Positions 18,372 to 27,492 of a stretch of 64,000 nt of DNA are shown here, in pieces. A model generated the notes under the pieces. It saw nothing but the letters and a program-made list of their open reading frames with translations, was not told the DNA's origin and made no database searches. The stretch lies in sequence record MT028491.1; one strand, 5' to 3'. How positions within the stretch are numbered: the stretch's first letter is position 1; every line of letters starts with the position of its first letter. A program made the position numbers and the translations under genes.

Positions 18372-18874
18372 CTTTCAATATCACTTCTAACCAATCGAAT
18401 GAATTCCTTAATTATTTTATAATCCTTAGAATTCGGTGGCTGATAATCTATATAAGAATTTTCGGTTAAGTGATCTTTCCATCTATAATACACTTGGTCA
18501 AGTGTATAGTTGATACCATAAACAACGGAATAATCCCAACCATTTCCAGTGTCTTGAAATGCTAGTTCATATGAATCTGGACAGATAGAAACTCCGAAGT
18601 TAATTCCATTATTGTGTTCGCCGTCTGGAAATTCACACAGAAAAAACAATGTGTCTCCATGCATTTCAGACATGGTAAAGTTTTTATTGAGAACATCTAC
18701 ATGAAAGCGAAAGGATAGATATGATAGGTATTTACCGCTTATTTCCGCTTCGTCTTTTAGATTAATACACATTCTGGAATGACTAGTAATTTTGACTTCT
18801 AGTTTTTCACCAAAAACCAAACCACTTTCAATAAGGGATTCCATTATCCCCCGAATCCCCAACTTTTCAGACAT
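18368..18874 (-). CDS. hypothetical protein
   Basis: Operon ORF. Confidence 0.55.
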   Translation of the reverse strand: MSEKLGIRGIMESLIESGLVFGEKLEVKITSHSRMCINLKDEAEISGKYLSYLSFRFHVDVLNKNFTMSEMHGDTLFFLCEFPDGEHNNGINFGVSICPDSYELAFQDTGNGWDYSVVYGINYTLDQVYYRWKDHLTENSYIDYQPPNSKDYKIIKEFIRLVRSDIER

Positions 18875-19401
18875 CAGACAATGCCATTGGGCTTGACGAG
18901 AACAACATTAAAGCTGGAAATGGAAGTAAGATACTTCATACGCTCTTCAACTTCCATTGGATTAAGACCGCCCAAACCAGCACCCAAAAGAGGCATAGCA
19001 AATGTCTTACCTTCCAAATCTGGATCATCATTCAAAATCTTGAATCCAAGATCGATGAAAGCCATTTCAGAAGGACGTTTGAAATGAATCTTAGTTGGAA
19101 AGAAAAGAACACCATCTTCCTTTGGTGTACCACTTATAAGAGGTTTAATGAGCTTGAAACCATCAGCATCAGAAAGGCCAGCCGCAAGATTGTTGAACTT
19201 GTCAAACTCACGTTCTTTCTTTTGCAGACTGGCAGAAAGAGCGTTATATTCTATACAATTGGCGGCATAGTTTTTGTGGCGCATAAACTGGTATGCAAGA
19301 CCACCACCCATTGTGCCTACTGAATTTGTAGGCACCGTTATGTAATCAACCTTCTTTGCGTAGTTGAAGATGTTGCCGCGTTCAATTGTAAATTCACCCA
19401 C
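18874..19401 (-). CDS. macrodomain ADP-ribosylhydrolase, DarG/Poa1p-like
   Basis: GNIF, TNSVGTMGGGLAYQF, FPTK.HF..PS, AMPLLGAGLGGL; likely GTG start at 19401 after SD AAGGA. Confidence 0.82.
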   Translation of the reverse strand: MGEFTIERGNIFNYAKKVDYITVPTNSVGTMGGGLAYQFMRHKNYAANCIEYNALSASLQKKEREFDKFNNLAAGLSDADGFKLIKPLISGTPKEDGVLFFPTKIHFKRPSEMAFIDLGFKILNDDPDLEGKTFAMPLLGAGLGGLNPMEVEERMKYLTSISSFNVVLVKPNGIV

Positions 19402-19741
19402 GATAATTTTCCTTCTTAACCATGCTTTCAATAGGGTCCATACCATTGCGAAGAATCGATTCTCCACCGTCTACATATTCAATTATACCGTAATTGTAGC
19501 CGATGTAACGAACAACAAATTCTTCATCACCCCATAAAATTACTGTTTCTGTTCCAGCGTATTTTTCCAATTCTTCCCAAGTCATAGGCTTAACCTTTTC
19601 CCAAGAAACGTTAAGAGAACCACGAATAACGGAAATCTCTTCACCATCAGAACCTTCAAGAATGGCATAAGATTTGCTTGTTGCTACAAGCTTGTATGGG
19701 TTATGAGGTTCATTTGAATTAGTGTAGTACGTTTCACTCAT
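19394..19741 (-). CDS. hypothetical protein
   Basis: Operon ORF. Confidence 0.55.
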   Translation of the reverse strand: MSETYYTNSNEPHNPYKLVATSKSYAILEGSDGEEISVIRGSLNVSWEKVKPMTWEELEKYAGTETVILWGDEEFVVRYIGYNYGIIEYVDGGESILRNGMDPIESMVKKENYRG

Positions 19742-20010
19742 TCGGGCAAATTCCTTTTATCCAGCCATTCTTTTAGCATGACTTCATAATTGTTGATTTG
19801 ATCTGTTTCATTTTGAAATAACATTTCAAACTCTTTTCTAGCACCATCATCAATAATGCTTTCAAGAATTTTGTTGTTGTCACGCTTATGCTGGCGACAA
19901 AAATTCAACATGATTCTTACGGACGGAGCATCATGAAACCCATCCAAAGAACCATAATGTTTGTTTACGACTTCAAGCCATTCTGCAATGGTGGGAGCAT
20001 AGTTATACAT
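19738..20010 (-). CDS. hypothetical protein
   Basis: SD GAGG; operon ORF. Confidence 0.55.
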   Translation of the reverse strand: MYNYAPTIAEWLEVVNKHYGSLDGFHDAPSVRIMLNFCRQHKRDNNKILESIIDDGARKEFEMLFQNETDQINNYEVMLKEWLDKRNLPE

Positions 20011-20172
20011 GACAACCTCGCTTTAGTTTTGAGTTGAAAAGAGTGCTGCAACTGTGCACACAAAGAACATTACCAATGCAAAACCCGCAAGAAACATAAC
20101 AAAAATCCCCATCTACAAAGCCTCAATTAAGAACTTTATAAACAGGGATTTCGTATTAGTCAATAGACTAAG

Positions 20173-20688
20173 TTATGTATTAGGATTAATTGCGCGCCTA
20201 ATAGCTTCTTCAATCGTAATGGCATGATAGCCGATACTATCAACACCAACATCAATTCCGCATACACCTAAAGGATAGTCAACCTTAGCACCATGCACGT
20301 GTCCATGAATATTGACTTCACAAATACCGGTTTCGGTAACTGGATAATGCGTGAAAAGAATACCCGGCTCAATCTCTAATGAGTCGCGAATGTCTGTCCA
20401 ACCCATTGCTTCCATTTTGGATCGCGGATCATGATTCCCCTTGATCATAATCTTTTCGCCGTTCAACTGATCAAAGATTGGCTGAATCAATTCTGGTTTC
20501 AAGCAAAAAGTGAAATCTCCCCCGAAAATAACCACATCATCAGGCGCGATAGACTCATTCCATGCACGAATCAGAAACACATTCATCGTGTCAACAGAGT
20601 CAAAAGGTCTATTGCAATACCTAATAATGTTGGTGTGGAAGAAATGGGTATCTGCCAACGTCTTTGCTTTTAACCAGTTCATTTCCAA
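20173..20688 (-). CDS. calcineurin-like metallophosphoesterase
   Basis: ADTHFFH, GGDF, KGNHD, THYP, NIHGHVH. Confidence 0.92.
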   Translation of the reverse strand: MEMNWLKAKTLADTHFFHTNIIRYCNRPFDSVDTMNVFLIRAWNESIAPDDVVIFGGDFTFCLKPELIQPIFDQLNGEKIMIKGNHDPRSKMEAMGWTDIRDSLEIEPGILFTHYPVTETGICEVNIHGHVHGAKVDYPLGVCGIDVGVDSIGYHAITIEEAIRRAINPNT

Positions 20689-21074
20689 TCCCTATATCTA
20701 TTTTTTGGCTTGTCTTCTTTCTTCTTCTCACCAAAATTGGTTGCGATTCCTATGAATGTTCCAATCAGAACAATTGTAGAAATAATAACCACAATACCAA
20801 TTGCAGCATCAGTTTTAGGTGGTTCTGGTGGCTTTTCAGGCAACCATGCATTCCAATTCAAGTGATGAACCAGTGTTTTGGTATTGGTCAGATATTTAAG
20901 TTCGGCTTCTGTCTTACGACAAAACTTTTCTTCAACCGGTTTTTGACGAACGTATTGTTCCATCATTTGATTTTCGAAGAATTTACTCTTTTCTTCATCA
21001 ATACGAAATGAATCTTGTGTTCCGTTTGGACGTGTGATGACGATATAAACACCCGGATTGAAGAGATTATTCAA
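20679..21074 (-). CDS. hypothetical membrane-anchored protein
   Basis: One C-terminal TM segment. Confidence 0.5.
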   Translation of the reverse strand: MNNLFNPGVYIVITRPNGTQDSFRIDEEKSKFFENQMMEQYVRQKPVEEKFCRKTEAELKYLTNTKTLVHHLNWNAWLPEKPPEPPKTDAAIGIVVIISTIVLIGTFIGIATNFGEKKKEDKPKNRYRDWK

Positions 21075-21111
21075 TTGACCAATGCCCTTTCATTATTAAT
21101 TTGACAAGAAC

Positions 21112-21645
21112 TTAATATTGAAAATTAGGCTTGTCAACGCATATTTCTCTAAATTCGTCAAACCCTTCATCGATATCAGGTATAACAAAATGTTCGCGCA
21201 TAGTCTCATACACATGGTCTGGAATACGCTTATCAGGACGACTTGCAATGAAATTCTTATGAGCTTCATCAGAAGGGTTAAAATAAACCGCCTCAATACG
21301 ATAACCAGCTTCCTTATAAAAATCGATGAATGTCTTACGATCTTCAACCTTTAGATTGGTTCTATCCAAGACAACAACATCGTGTTCCAAGGAATATTCC
21401 ATCAGTTTTTTGAACGTTTTCTTTTCGTTTGCGGCACTGACAAAGATTCCGAAGCACTTCGAATAAGACTCGATTCCATAGACTTTACCCAAAGCCATAA
21501 GCATATCATCAGTAGAAATGACAAAATCATTCTCATGGTGCTTCTTTCTATAAGAAGACTTGCCCGTTGCAGGCAAGCATATCAGCATAATAAATCTTTT
21601 ATTGGAATTTGTTGTAGATAATCCCGTATTCTTTTCTTGCATCAT
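21112..21645 (-). CDS. polynucleotide 5'-kinase domain (PNK, P-loop)
   Basis: Walker A variant CLPATGKSS, VISTDD, VVLDRTN...R; adjacent to the RNA ligase. Confidence 0.82.
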   Translation of the reverse strand: MMQEKNTGLSTTNSNKRFIMLICLPATGKSSYRKKHHENDFVISTDDMLMALGKVYGIESYSKCFGIFVSAANEKKTFKKLMEYSLEHDVVVLDRTNLKVEDRKTFIDFYKEAGYRIEAVYFNPSDEAHKNFIASRPDKRIPDHVYETMREHFVIPDIDEGFDEFREICVDKPNFQY

Positions 21646-22759
21646 TTACCAAATTTCTAAAAAATGTTTGACCCTTACAATATTGATTGTACATGATCCA
21701 TTGAATAGTTCTTTCAGGGTCTTTTCCATTAAGAATATCAAGAGCAATGGAACGCTCAAAACCAGTGAATTTTTTACTATGAATTGTGGCTACTTCTTTA
21801 GGAGTGACATCGCCCAAAGATTCCATCTTTTTCTTAGCATTGGTTCGAACAGCAAGAATGAAATCTCTTACAAGGTTTTCAACTCTTTCAATACGTTCTG
21901 CATGTACAGGAAGATTAGCTTTTGCATCATCCGAATGTCCATTTAGAACTAGTTCGGCAATATGAAAATCAAACTTGATCCCATCGAAAATTTTATTCTG
22001 GATAAAATACCAAGGCGTTTTAAGCTTGATTTTATGACCATCAGGATAAAGGGCAATATAACCTTCTGTATGTGTCGTTGTTTCCAATTCCTTGATGATT
22101 TCCGGCAAAGTGCCTTTATCCTCAAGCTTGACAACTTCAACATTAAAAGACTTGCCGATATTCACAACATCCGAATATGGAACATATTCACCAGAAACAA
22201 TGTTTCTAACACCGAGCAACACCAACCCATGACGATCTTTGTAATCAAGAACAATGCGATTGTGAGGATGGATAAACTCGAAATATGGTGTATATCCTTG
22301 ACGCTGCATTTCATGAAACAACCGAATATAACCAAGATGATCCACCATATAGCGTTCTGCCATCATAGCGGTTTCAGTGACACCCTTTTTGGTTGCCAGA
22401 CGAAAAGCCTTATATTCCTTATTGAAAATTGGATGAATCATGCTCCCATCCAACTTTTCCATCAGTTCAAAACCAACATGAGGGATGACACTAAGTTGTG
22501 TTTCTTCCTTCTCATTGACATTATAAAATTTGTGTGGTGGACGTGCCAAAATCTCGCCGGTTTCACCATCAAAGGTGATACCACGACATTCACGCAAAAG
22601 AGCGTTTTCAATTGATCCCGGCGTTCCCAAATCACCTAGGATATTGTAGAAAACCTTTGTAAACCAACCAGCATTCTTTGCTACAGTGAAATTTTCATTA
22701 TTTTCAACAAGCGGCAACAATTGAGAAATGTCATTGATTACTGGAAATTGATAATTCAT
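21599..22759 (-). CDS. rnlA: RNA ligase 1 (T4 Rnl1/RnlA-like)
   Basis: ECRGITFD, ARP.HKFYN, adenylylation motif EKLDGS, FEFI.P.NRIVLDY, EGY, KIKLK..WY. Confidence 0.93.
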   Translation of the reverse strand: MNYQFPVINDISQLLPLVENNENFTVAKNAGWFTKVFYNILGDLGTPGSIENALLRECRGITFDGETGEILARPPHKFYNVNEKEETQLSVIPHVGFELMEKLDGSMIHPIFNKEYKAFRLATKKGVTETAMMAERYMVDHLGYIRLFHEMQRQGYTPYFEFIHPHNRIVLDYKDRHGLVLLGVRNIVSGEYVPYSDVVNIGKSFNVEVVKLEDKGTLPEIIKELETTTHTEGYIALYPDGHKIKLKTPWYFIQNKIFDGIKFDFHIAELVLNGHSDDAKANLPVHAERIERVENLVRDFILAVRTNAKKKMESLGDVTPKEVATIHSKKFTGFERSIALDILNGKDPERTIQWIMYNQYCKGQTFFRNLVNDARKEYGIIYNKFQ

Positions 22760-23075
22760 TCTTTACCCTCATATAATTTTCAAAAAGCTTTTCAATATTT
22801 TCTTTTCCCACTGGATTTTGGGAATGAACGGAAAATTCAAAATAGTCTGGCATAAACTCGCCATTCATGGCAATATCTCTATTGACAATCCACTTGGCAA
22901 TGTCATAACCTGTAAGTTCGCCTTCTCCTAAGTCATGATCAAACATGACATAATAAGGGCAACCAGCTAATTCCATAATATTGATAGCATCATTATAATT
23001 ACGGGCAATGATAGGAACACTGGACGTTGGAACACGTTCATCATCAATAAACAGAACGTATTCTCCAATAATCAT
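22731..23075 (-). CDS. cyclic-phosphate-processing receiver domain protein
   Basis: LFIDDER, FDHDLG, TGYD.AKW, VHSQNPVG..NI, the receiver-fold motifs seen in RNA-repair loci. Confidence 0.8.
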   Translation of the reverse strand: MIIGEYVLFIDDERVPTSSVPIIARNYNDAINIMELAGCPYYVMFDHDLGEGELTGYDIAKWIVNRDIAMNGEFMPDYFEFSVHSQNPVGKENIEKLFENYMRVKNELSISSNQ

Positions 23076-23515
23076 AGCAATTGCCCCTGTGAAACGTTGA
23101 AGGAATAAACCCCTTCTTCTGCAAACATTTTGATATTACCGTCGCGATCTTCAAAGGCCGCAAATGGCTCACCATATTTCTCACGAACGATTTTAAGCAT
23201 ATCGCGCTTAGCCTCGACATCTGGACGATAATCACCCAATGGACGCATAATCATATCGTGATATTTGATACCGTTCTTCTCAAGCCACCGTTCACTAACT
23301 TCTCTAAAGTCTTCTGGACGTGCCGTAAACATGATGATTTTATCGCCAGAATCATAAAGCATGTTGACAAGCTTTTTAACTTGTTCACATGCTGGTGTAT
23401 GGATCGAACCGTGAAAGAATGTCTTCCAATTTTTCGGCTTAGTCTTAAGAAAGATATAATAATCGTGGTTGGACAAACTTGCCGTTCCATCAATATCAAT
23501 CAACCAAATTTTCAA
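23072..23515 (-). CDS. HAD-family polynucleotide 3'-phosphatase (PNKP C-terminal domain)
   Basis: DIDGT, FTARP, MRP.GDYRPD...K, FEDR; likely TTG start at 23515 after SD AGGAG. Confidence 0.88.
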   Translation of the reverse strand: MKIWLIDIDGTASLSNHDYYIFLKTKPKNWKTFFHGSIHTPACEQVKKLVNMLYDSGDKIIMFTARPEDFREVSERWLEKNGIKYHDMIMRPLGDYRPDVEAKRDMLKIVREKYGEPFAAFEDRDGNIKMFAEEGVYSFNVSQGQLL

Positions 23516-23856
23516 AGTAATAATTCTCCTAAGTATGTGAGTCCCCAAATGACAGCCGCCGAGAATGTAAGACTCGGAAATATGGTAATGATAGCAACGT
23601 AATTCGATGAATATTCAAATCCATGACCTTTGTTGTTATCGTCATACCAAACATCATCAGCTTTCCATGGCTGGACGACAAATAACAAAAATATTGCAAT
23701 CAAGCTTAGATATGCCAAACCGCACATCATTACCCATGAATAATCTCTAAACTCACCTATGAGGTTAGCAAGATTGGACGAACGAGGATAAACCACGTTG
23801 TAAATATTTCGTCCATATGTAAAAACATCAACAGGATCGATCATTTTCCCAACCAA
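23512..23856 (-). CDS. hypothetical 2-TM membrane protein
   Basis: Two hydrophobic segments. Confidence 0.5.
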   Translation of the reverse strand: MVGKMIDPVDVFTYGRNIYNVVYPRSSNLANLIGEFRDYSWVMMCGLAYLSLIAIFLLFVVQPWKADDVWYDDNNKGHGFEYSSNYVAIITIFPSLTFSAAVIWGLTYLGELLL

Positions 23857-23935
23857 TGGTTAAGGCCAAATACAACCAATATGAATATAACGCATATGGC
23901 TATTATAAGGATCATTATCCGGTCAATGTAGTCCA

Positions 23936-24376
23936 TTACATACTGTCTCCTAGAATCGATTTGATGACATGTGTAATAAAGATATCATTATTCATAACAG
24001 AAATTCTTACAACTGAAAAGGGGCATTCTTCAAAAGAATTTACAATATTTGAGTAATAAGATTTATCTTCTGTAAACGCCATTGGGCATTTTGCTATCAT
24101 TGTTTCCATGAGATTATCATTAGGATAGACTGAAACAATTGGCAAATCGGCTTCAAACATGAGTTTTCTAAGTCTCTCATGGTATGGCAATAGAATGAAA
24201 TCATATGTTGAATTATCATCCAATTCCTTAAGTTTCTTGACGAAATCCTTAAGGGGAGTCTCAACTTCCATTTCCACAACTTTAAAAGTTTCGCCGTCAA
24301 AAGGTTCTGAAAACTCTTTGACGGCTGTAGTTCTTCCCATATGAGGGAAAGACATTAGATAGATAATGTTTGCCAT
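23936..24376 (-). CDS. hypothetical protein with a degenerate P-loop-like N-terminus
   Basis: Likely start MANIIYLMSFPHMGRTT after SD AAGGA, downstream of a terminator. Confidence 0.5.
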   Translation of the reverse strand: MANIIYLMSFPHMGRTTAVKEFSEPFDGETFKVVEMEVETPLKDFVKKLKELDDNSTYDFILLPYHERLRKLMFEADLPIVSVYPNDNLMETMIAKCPMAFTEDKSYYSNIVNSFEECPFSVVRISVMNNDIFITHVIKSILGDSM

Positions 24377-24393
24377 TTTTATCCTTTCAAATA

Positions 24394-24420
24394 AAAAGAG
24401 ACTCCTTAGCGGAGTCCCTT
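24394..24420 (-). terminator. intrinsic terminator
   Basis: GACTCC-GCTAA-GGAGTC-TCTTTTATTT. Confidence 0.65.
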
Positions 24421-24999
24421 CTCTTTCATGATTTCTTCGGCAGCGGCGCAAATGGTATTGAAAGCCGTCTTTTCACCACGAAGATACCAGTCAATGCGAA
24501 CCCATGATGTACCGAAAGAGTTGGTGCAATAAACTGGATAGGTGCTGATAGGAAGTGAAAGAACTTCCTTTTGCAGCTTTTCGCTGAAAACAACCTGTCC
24601 AAAAAGTTCACATGCGCGCTTGGCGATATCGAACTTTTCCTTGCGGCGTTCAATTTCTTCCTTAAGAGTACGAACAATTTTCTGTTCCGGGGTTTCAACC
24701 TTCGGCTGGCGAGTAATGATCGGCATAGCCTTAATTGCATTGCGCATTTCAACCAGTTCGGCAACTCGCGGCCAAACATCGCCCATTACTTCCTTATGCT
24801 TAACTTCGCGAACCTGATGAAGATTGAAAGGAATATCCCAAATGCTTACGCCGCGCTCATGCCAATTGATGTTCTTGATTTCGGCTTCATAAATCCAATT
24901 CAGAGCTTCCGTACCACGCTTGATGAAAGCCTTCGAACCCTGACCGGCTGCGAGAACTTCATTTACGGTTGCAATGTGGCGTTCGTTGCGAGTGGACAT
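24406..24999 (-). CDS. hypothetical early protein
   Basis: 197 aa; first gene after a near-consensus promoter. Confidence 0.65.
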   Translation of the reverse strand: MSTRNERHIATVNEVLAAGQGSKAFIKRGTEALNWIYEAEIKNINWHERGVSIWDIPFNLHQVREVKHKEVMGDVWPRVAELVEMRNAIKAMPIITRQPKVETPEQKIVRTLKEEIERRKEKFDIAKRACELFGQVVFSEKLQKEVLSLPISTYPVYCTNSFGTSWVRIDWYLRGEKTAFNTICAAAEEIMKEKGLR

Positions 25000-25031
25000 A
25001 ACCTTGTTCCTTTTCGTTTGGCTATGATCTT

Positions 25032-25060
25032 AAGATAGACCTAAGCCAAACGAATGTCAA
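25032..25060 (-). promoter_or_regulatory. sigma70-type early promoter
   Basis: TTGACA-17nt-TATCTT. Confidence 0.7.
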
Positions 25061-25098
25061 CAGCCATATTAAGAAAAATGCTAATTATTATGCATTTT

Positions 25099-25344
25099 TC
25101 ATATCTTGTGACAACTAACAGGAACCAAATCCTTTGACTTAACAGTCATCAAGAAAGTGTATCCATCATTTTCAGAATATCCAAGGGAAACAGGATATGC
25201 TTTTGCCTCTTTCCCTTCAATATTGAAACAAGTTCCAATAGGATAAATCCTCTTCGGCTTTGAATCTGAAAAATCCCCAAATATGAGAATTAAAGCGGCG
25301 GCTGGCATTAAAGACAGCAAACAATTCAAAGCAAGTTTCTTCAT
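25099..25344 (-). CDS. hypothetical exported protein
   Basis: N-terminal signal or anchor (MKKLALNCLLSL...). Confidence 0.5.
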   Translation of the reverse strand: MKKLALNCLLSLMPAAALILIFGDFSDSKPKRIYPIGTCFNIEGKEAKAYPVSLGYSENDGYTFLMTVKSKDLVPVSCHKI

Positions 25345-25346
25345 TC

Positions 25347-25613
25347 TTAATCAATACCCAAATAGATTTTCAATTCCTTGACACCCTTGGTAAGAAACTT
25401 ATCACGCTCATGATCAAAAAAAACCCCATCACCTTCAACAGCGGTCGTTGAAAAGATTTCCTCTTCTAGAGTTGTATCATATACCGTAAAACGACCATGC
25501 CGAAGACGGAAATATCCACAATACAAATCGTTATGGAACGCATCATATGCCTCTGGACATGCTCCACAACTTTCAACCAGTTTGATACCGTCTATTTCAT
25601 AATCGCATTCCAT
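25347..25613 (-). CDS. conserved hypothetical phage protein
   Basis: CGACPE.YD......GY.RLRHG.F, a recurring phage motif. Confidence 0.6.
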   Translation of the reverse strand: MECDYEIDGIKLVESCGACPEAYDAFHNDLYCGYFRLRHGRFTVYDTTLEEEIFSTTAVEGDGVFFDHERDKFLTKGVKELKIYLGID

Positions 25614-25650
25614 AACGTATTCCTTTACTTAAGAGTTTGCCTCTAACATA

Positions 25651-26196
25651 CTATTCATTTGTATGCTGTGTCAATTCATTAAATCGTTCCAAAAACAATT
25701 CTTCGGCTTCCTTTGGACCTAGACATTGAATTTTCAACGTAAGGTGTGCTTCTTCTGCCAATTTCCAATCATCTGGTTCTTTAACCATAATCTGTTTTGC
25801 TTCGGTTGCGAGAAGAATTGTATCGGCCCTTTTAACTTCTGGCGACATTGGATAATTCAAGCCAAAACGTTCTGAAATGGCTTTCATGTTTCGATCTTCA
25901 ATATCCACATAACCATCAATAAAACGCTTTGCCGGTCTTACAATATCAGCAATGTACGCTTCCGATGCATCATGCAAAAGAGCTTCCAAAGCATATTCGG
26001 GTGGAACTAGAAGGCTTACATAATAACTATGTTCTGCAACAGAGTAAAACTCATTACAGTGTCCATTAAAACGGCACATGAGACTTAGAGCATGTGCGAT
26101 GTCTTCAATAGATACCTCTTCTGGTCTTGGATCAATGGGCCAATACTTACCACCTGTGGCGGTCTGCATCCAATCGCCCTTTCTTTCATTAGTCAA
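25651..26196 (-). CDS. HD-domain phosphohydrolase (YfbR/YfdR-like)
   Basis: IEDIAHALS..CRFNGH...YSVAEHS, ALLHDASEAYI.D, VKRAD. Confidence 0.9.
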   Translation of the reverse strand: MTNERKGDWMQTATGGKYWPIDPRPEEVSIEDIAHALSLMCRFNGHCNEFYSVAEHSYYVSLLVPPEYALEALLHDASEAYIADIVRPAKRFIDGYVDIEDRNMKAISERFGLNYPMSPEVKRADTILLATEAKQIMVKEPDDWKLAEEAHLTLKIQCLGPKEAEELFLERFNELTQHTNE

Positions 26197-26229
26197 GCAA
26201 AAATATCCTTATAGCCTTTACAGCTAAAA

Positions 26230-26280
26230 CAAAAAATAGAAAATGGTTCCACTATCTAATATGACAGTGGAACCGGTTTT
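26230..26280 (-). terminator. probable terminator after the AAA ATPase
   Basis: GGTTCCACT...AGTGGAACC stem followed by ATTTTCTATTTTTT on the - strand. Confidence 0.55.
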
Positions 26281-26283
26281 TAA

Positions 26284-27465
26284 TTAAAGAAACTGGCGAT
26301 AATCAAATGCCTGAGTCTTTTCCTTGCGGATCATGACTTCATCACCTTCATCATTGCGATAGGTGTAAGTGTCATTCTTAATCGAAATCAGGTGCTTTGC
26401 TTCAAATTCGACATACGAAGCATCACGATAGGTACGTTCTTGTGGTGGCGTTGCCGTTGCCTTCTTAGCTACAGCGATGCTATCAGTGGACTTTTCATCT
26501 TCCAAGCCTACATCATCATCGGTTTCGAGGTATCGATAGCTAAACCGATAGCAAATGTGGAAAGAACCAGCCAACGGGTTAATATAACCACCATCGTCAA
26601 CTTCGGCTTCCAAGTCACCAACATATACACGGTCGCTTTCTTCACATTCCTTAACAGGATCGAAGTTGTTTGTAACAACCTTGTACTTCTTACGACCGCC
26701 ATTTTCAGGCGTAAGATTCAGGTGCGAAAGAAGTTCTGCCACCGGTTCATCATAACGATTGATTTCTTCAACCATTGCCTTGAGCATGTCGAAATTGAAT
26801 TCAGAGAACAATGCTGCAACGCGAACGATATCTTCAATCTTAGACTGATTCTTGAGAGAATCCTTACAATATTCACGAATGAATTCTTCATCCAAACCCT
26901 TATAAGTGTAAGAATAATAGATACGACCGGGACGATTGATAAAGAATTCATTTACCTTCGAAACGTTGTTCACGGTAAACATAAACAACTTCTTACCGGT
27001 AATCGTACCGTCCAAAAGCGTAAGGATGGTTTCTTGTTCTGCATTCGGATAAACCTTGTCAAATTCATCGAATACAACAATAGCTTCCTGTGTGATGGAA
27101 CCCATGAACGTAATGAAGGCTTCATTGGAATATGGAGCGGCAACAATAATCGTCGGAATTCCAAGTTTACGACCAAGAGCCGAAACTTGCTTGATCAAAA
27201 GAGTCTTACCAGAACCCCTTTCACCCTTGAGAAGAACACCGGTATTTGCTGGACGGTCGCGATAGGTATCCATGATTCTATCAGCACGTGCCGGTGCTTG
27301 TCCGTAAATCTTGGAAGGCATTTCCATATCAGGAATCTTTTCAAGATGAAAACCCTGCATAGTAACCTTGACGCTAAAGGTAGCTACCGGAAGGTTGTCA
27401 ACGATTTCATCAGCATCGCCAAGAACACGAACAGTAGAACCAAGCACCGAATATTTGGAATTCAT
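26284..27465 (-). CDS. AAA+ ATPase
   Basis: Walker A GERGSGKT, Walker B VFDEFDK, LLDG, INRPGRI. Confidence 0.9.
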   Translation of the reverse strand: MNSKYSVLGSTVRVLGDADEIVDNLPVATFSVKVTMQGFHLEKIPDMEMPSKIYGQAPARADRIMDTYRDRPANTGVLLKGERGSGKTLLIKQVSALGRKLGIPTIIVAAPYSNEAFITFMGSITQEAIVVFDEFDKVYPNAEQETILTLLDGTITGKKLFMFTVNNVSKVNEFFINRPGRIYYSYTYKGLDEEFIREYCKDSLKNQSKIEDIVRVAALFSEFNFDMLKAMVEEINRYDEPVAELLSHLNLTPENGGRKKYKVVTNNFDPVKECEESDRVYVGDLEAEVDDGGYINPLAGSFHICYRFSYRYLETDDDVGLEDEKSTDSIAVAKKATATPPQERTYRDASYVEFEAKHLISIKNDTYTYRNDEGDEVMIRKEKTQAFDYRQFL

Positions 27466-27492
27466 TATATATCCTTTTCTTTCTAATCAGGG

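Noticed and set aside
24394-24420. CTAAGGAGTCT resembles the NAD-leader hairpin 2
   Set aside because: Here it is the 3' arm of a different stem (GACTCC-GCTAA-GGAGTC) followed by a U-run, so it is an ordinary terminator; hairpin 1 and ATCCT are absent
25651-26196. HD protein as a DatZ-type dATPase implying Z-DNA
   Set aside because: Motifs fit the common YfbR/YfdR-like phage family, and no purZ or mazZ context is visible
26392-27486. 364-aa + strand ORF antisense to the AAA ATPase; similar long shadows at 21962-22615 and 44491-45144
   Set aside because: Fully antisense to well-supported genes, with no motifs and no SD or promoter; explained by codon bias of the sense gene
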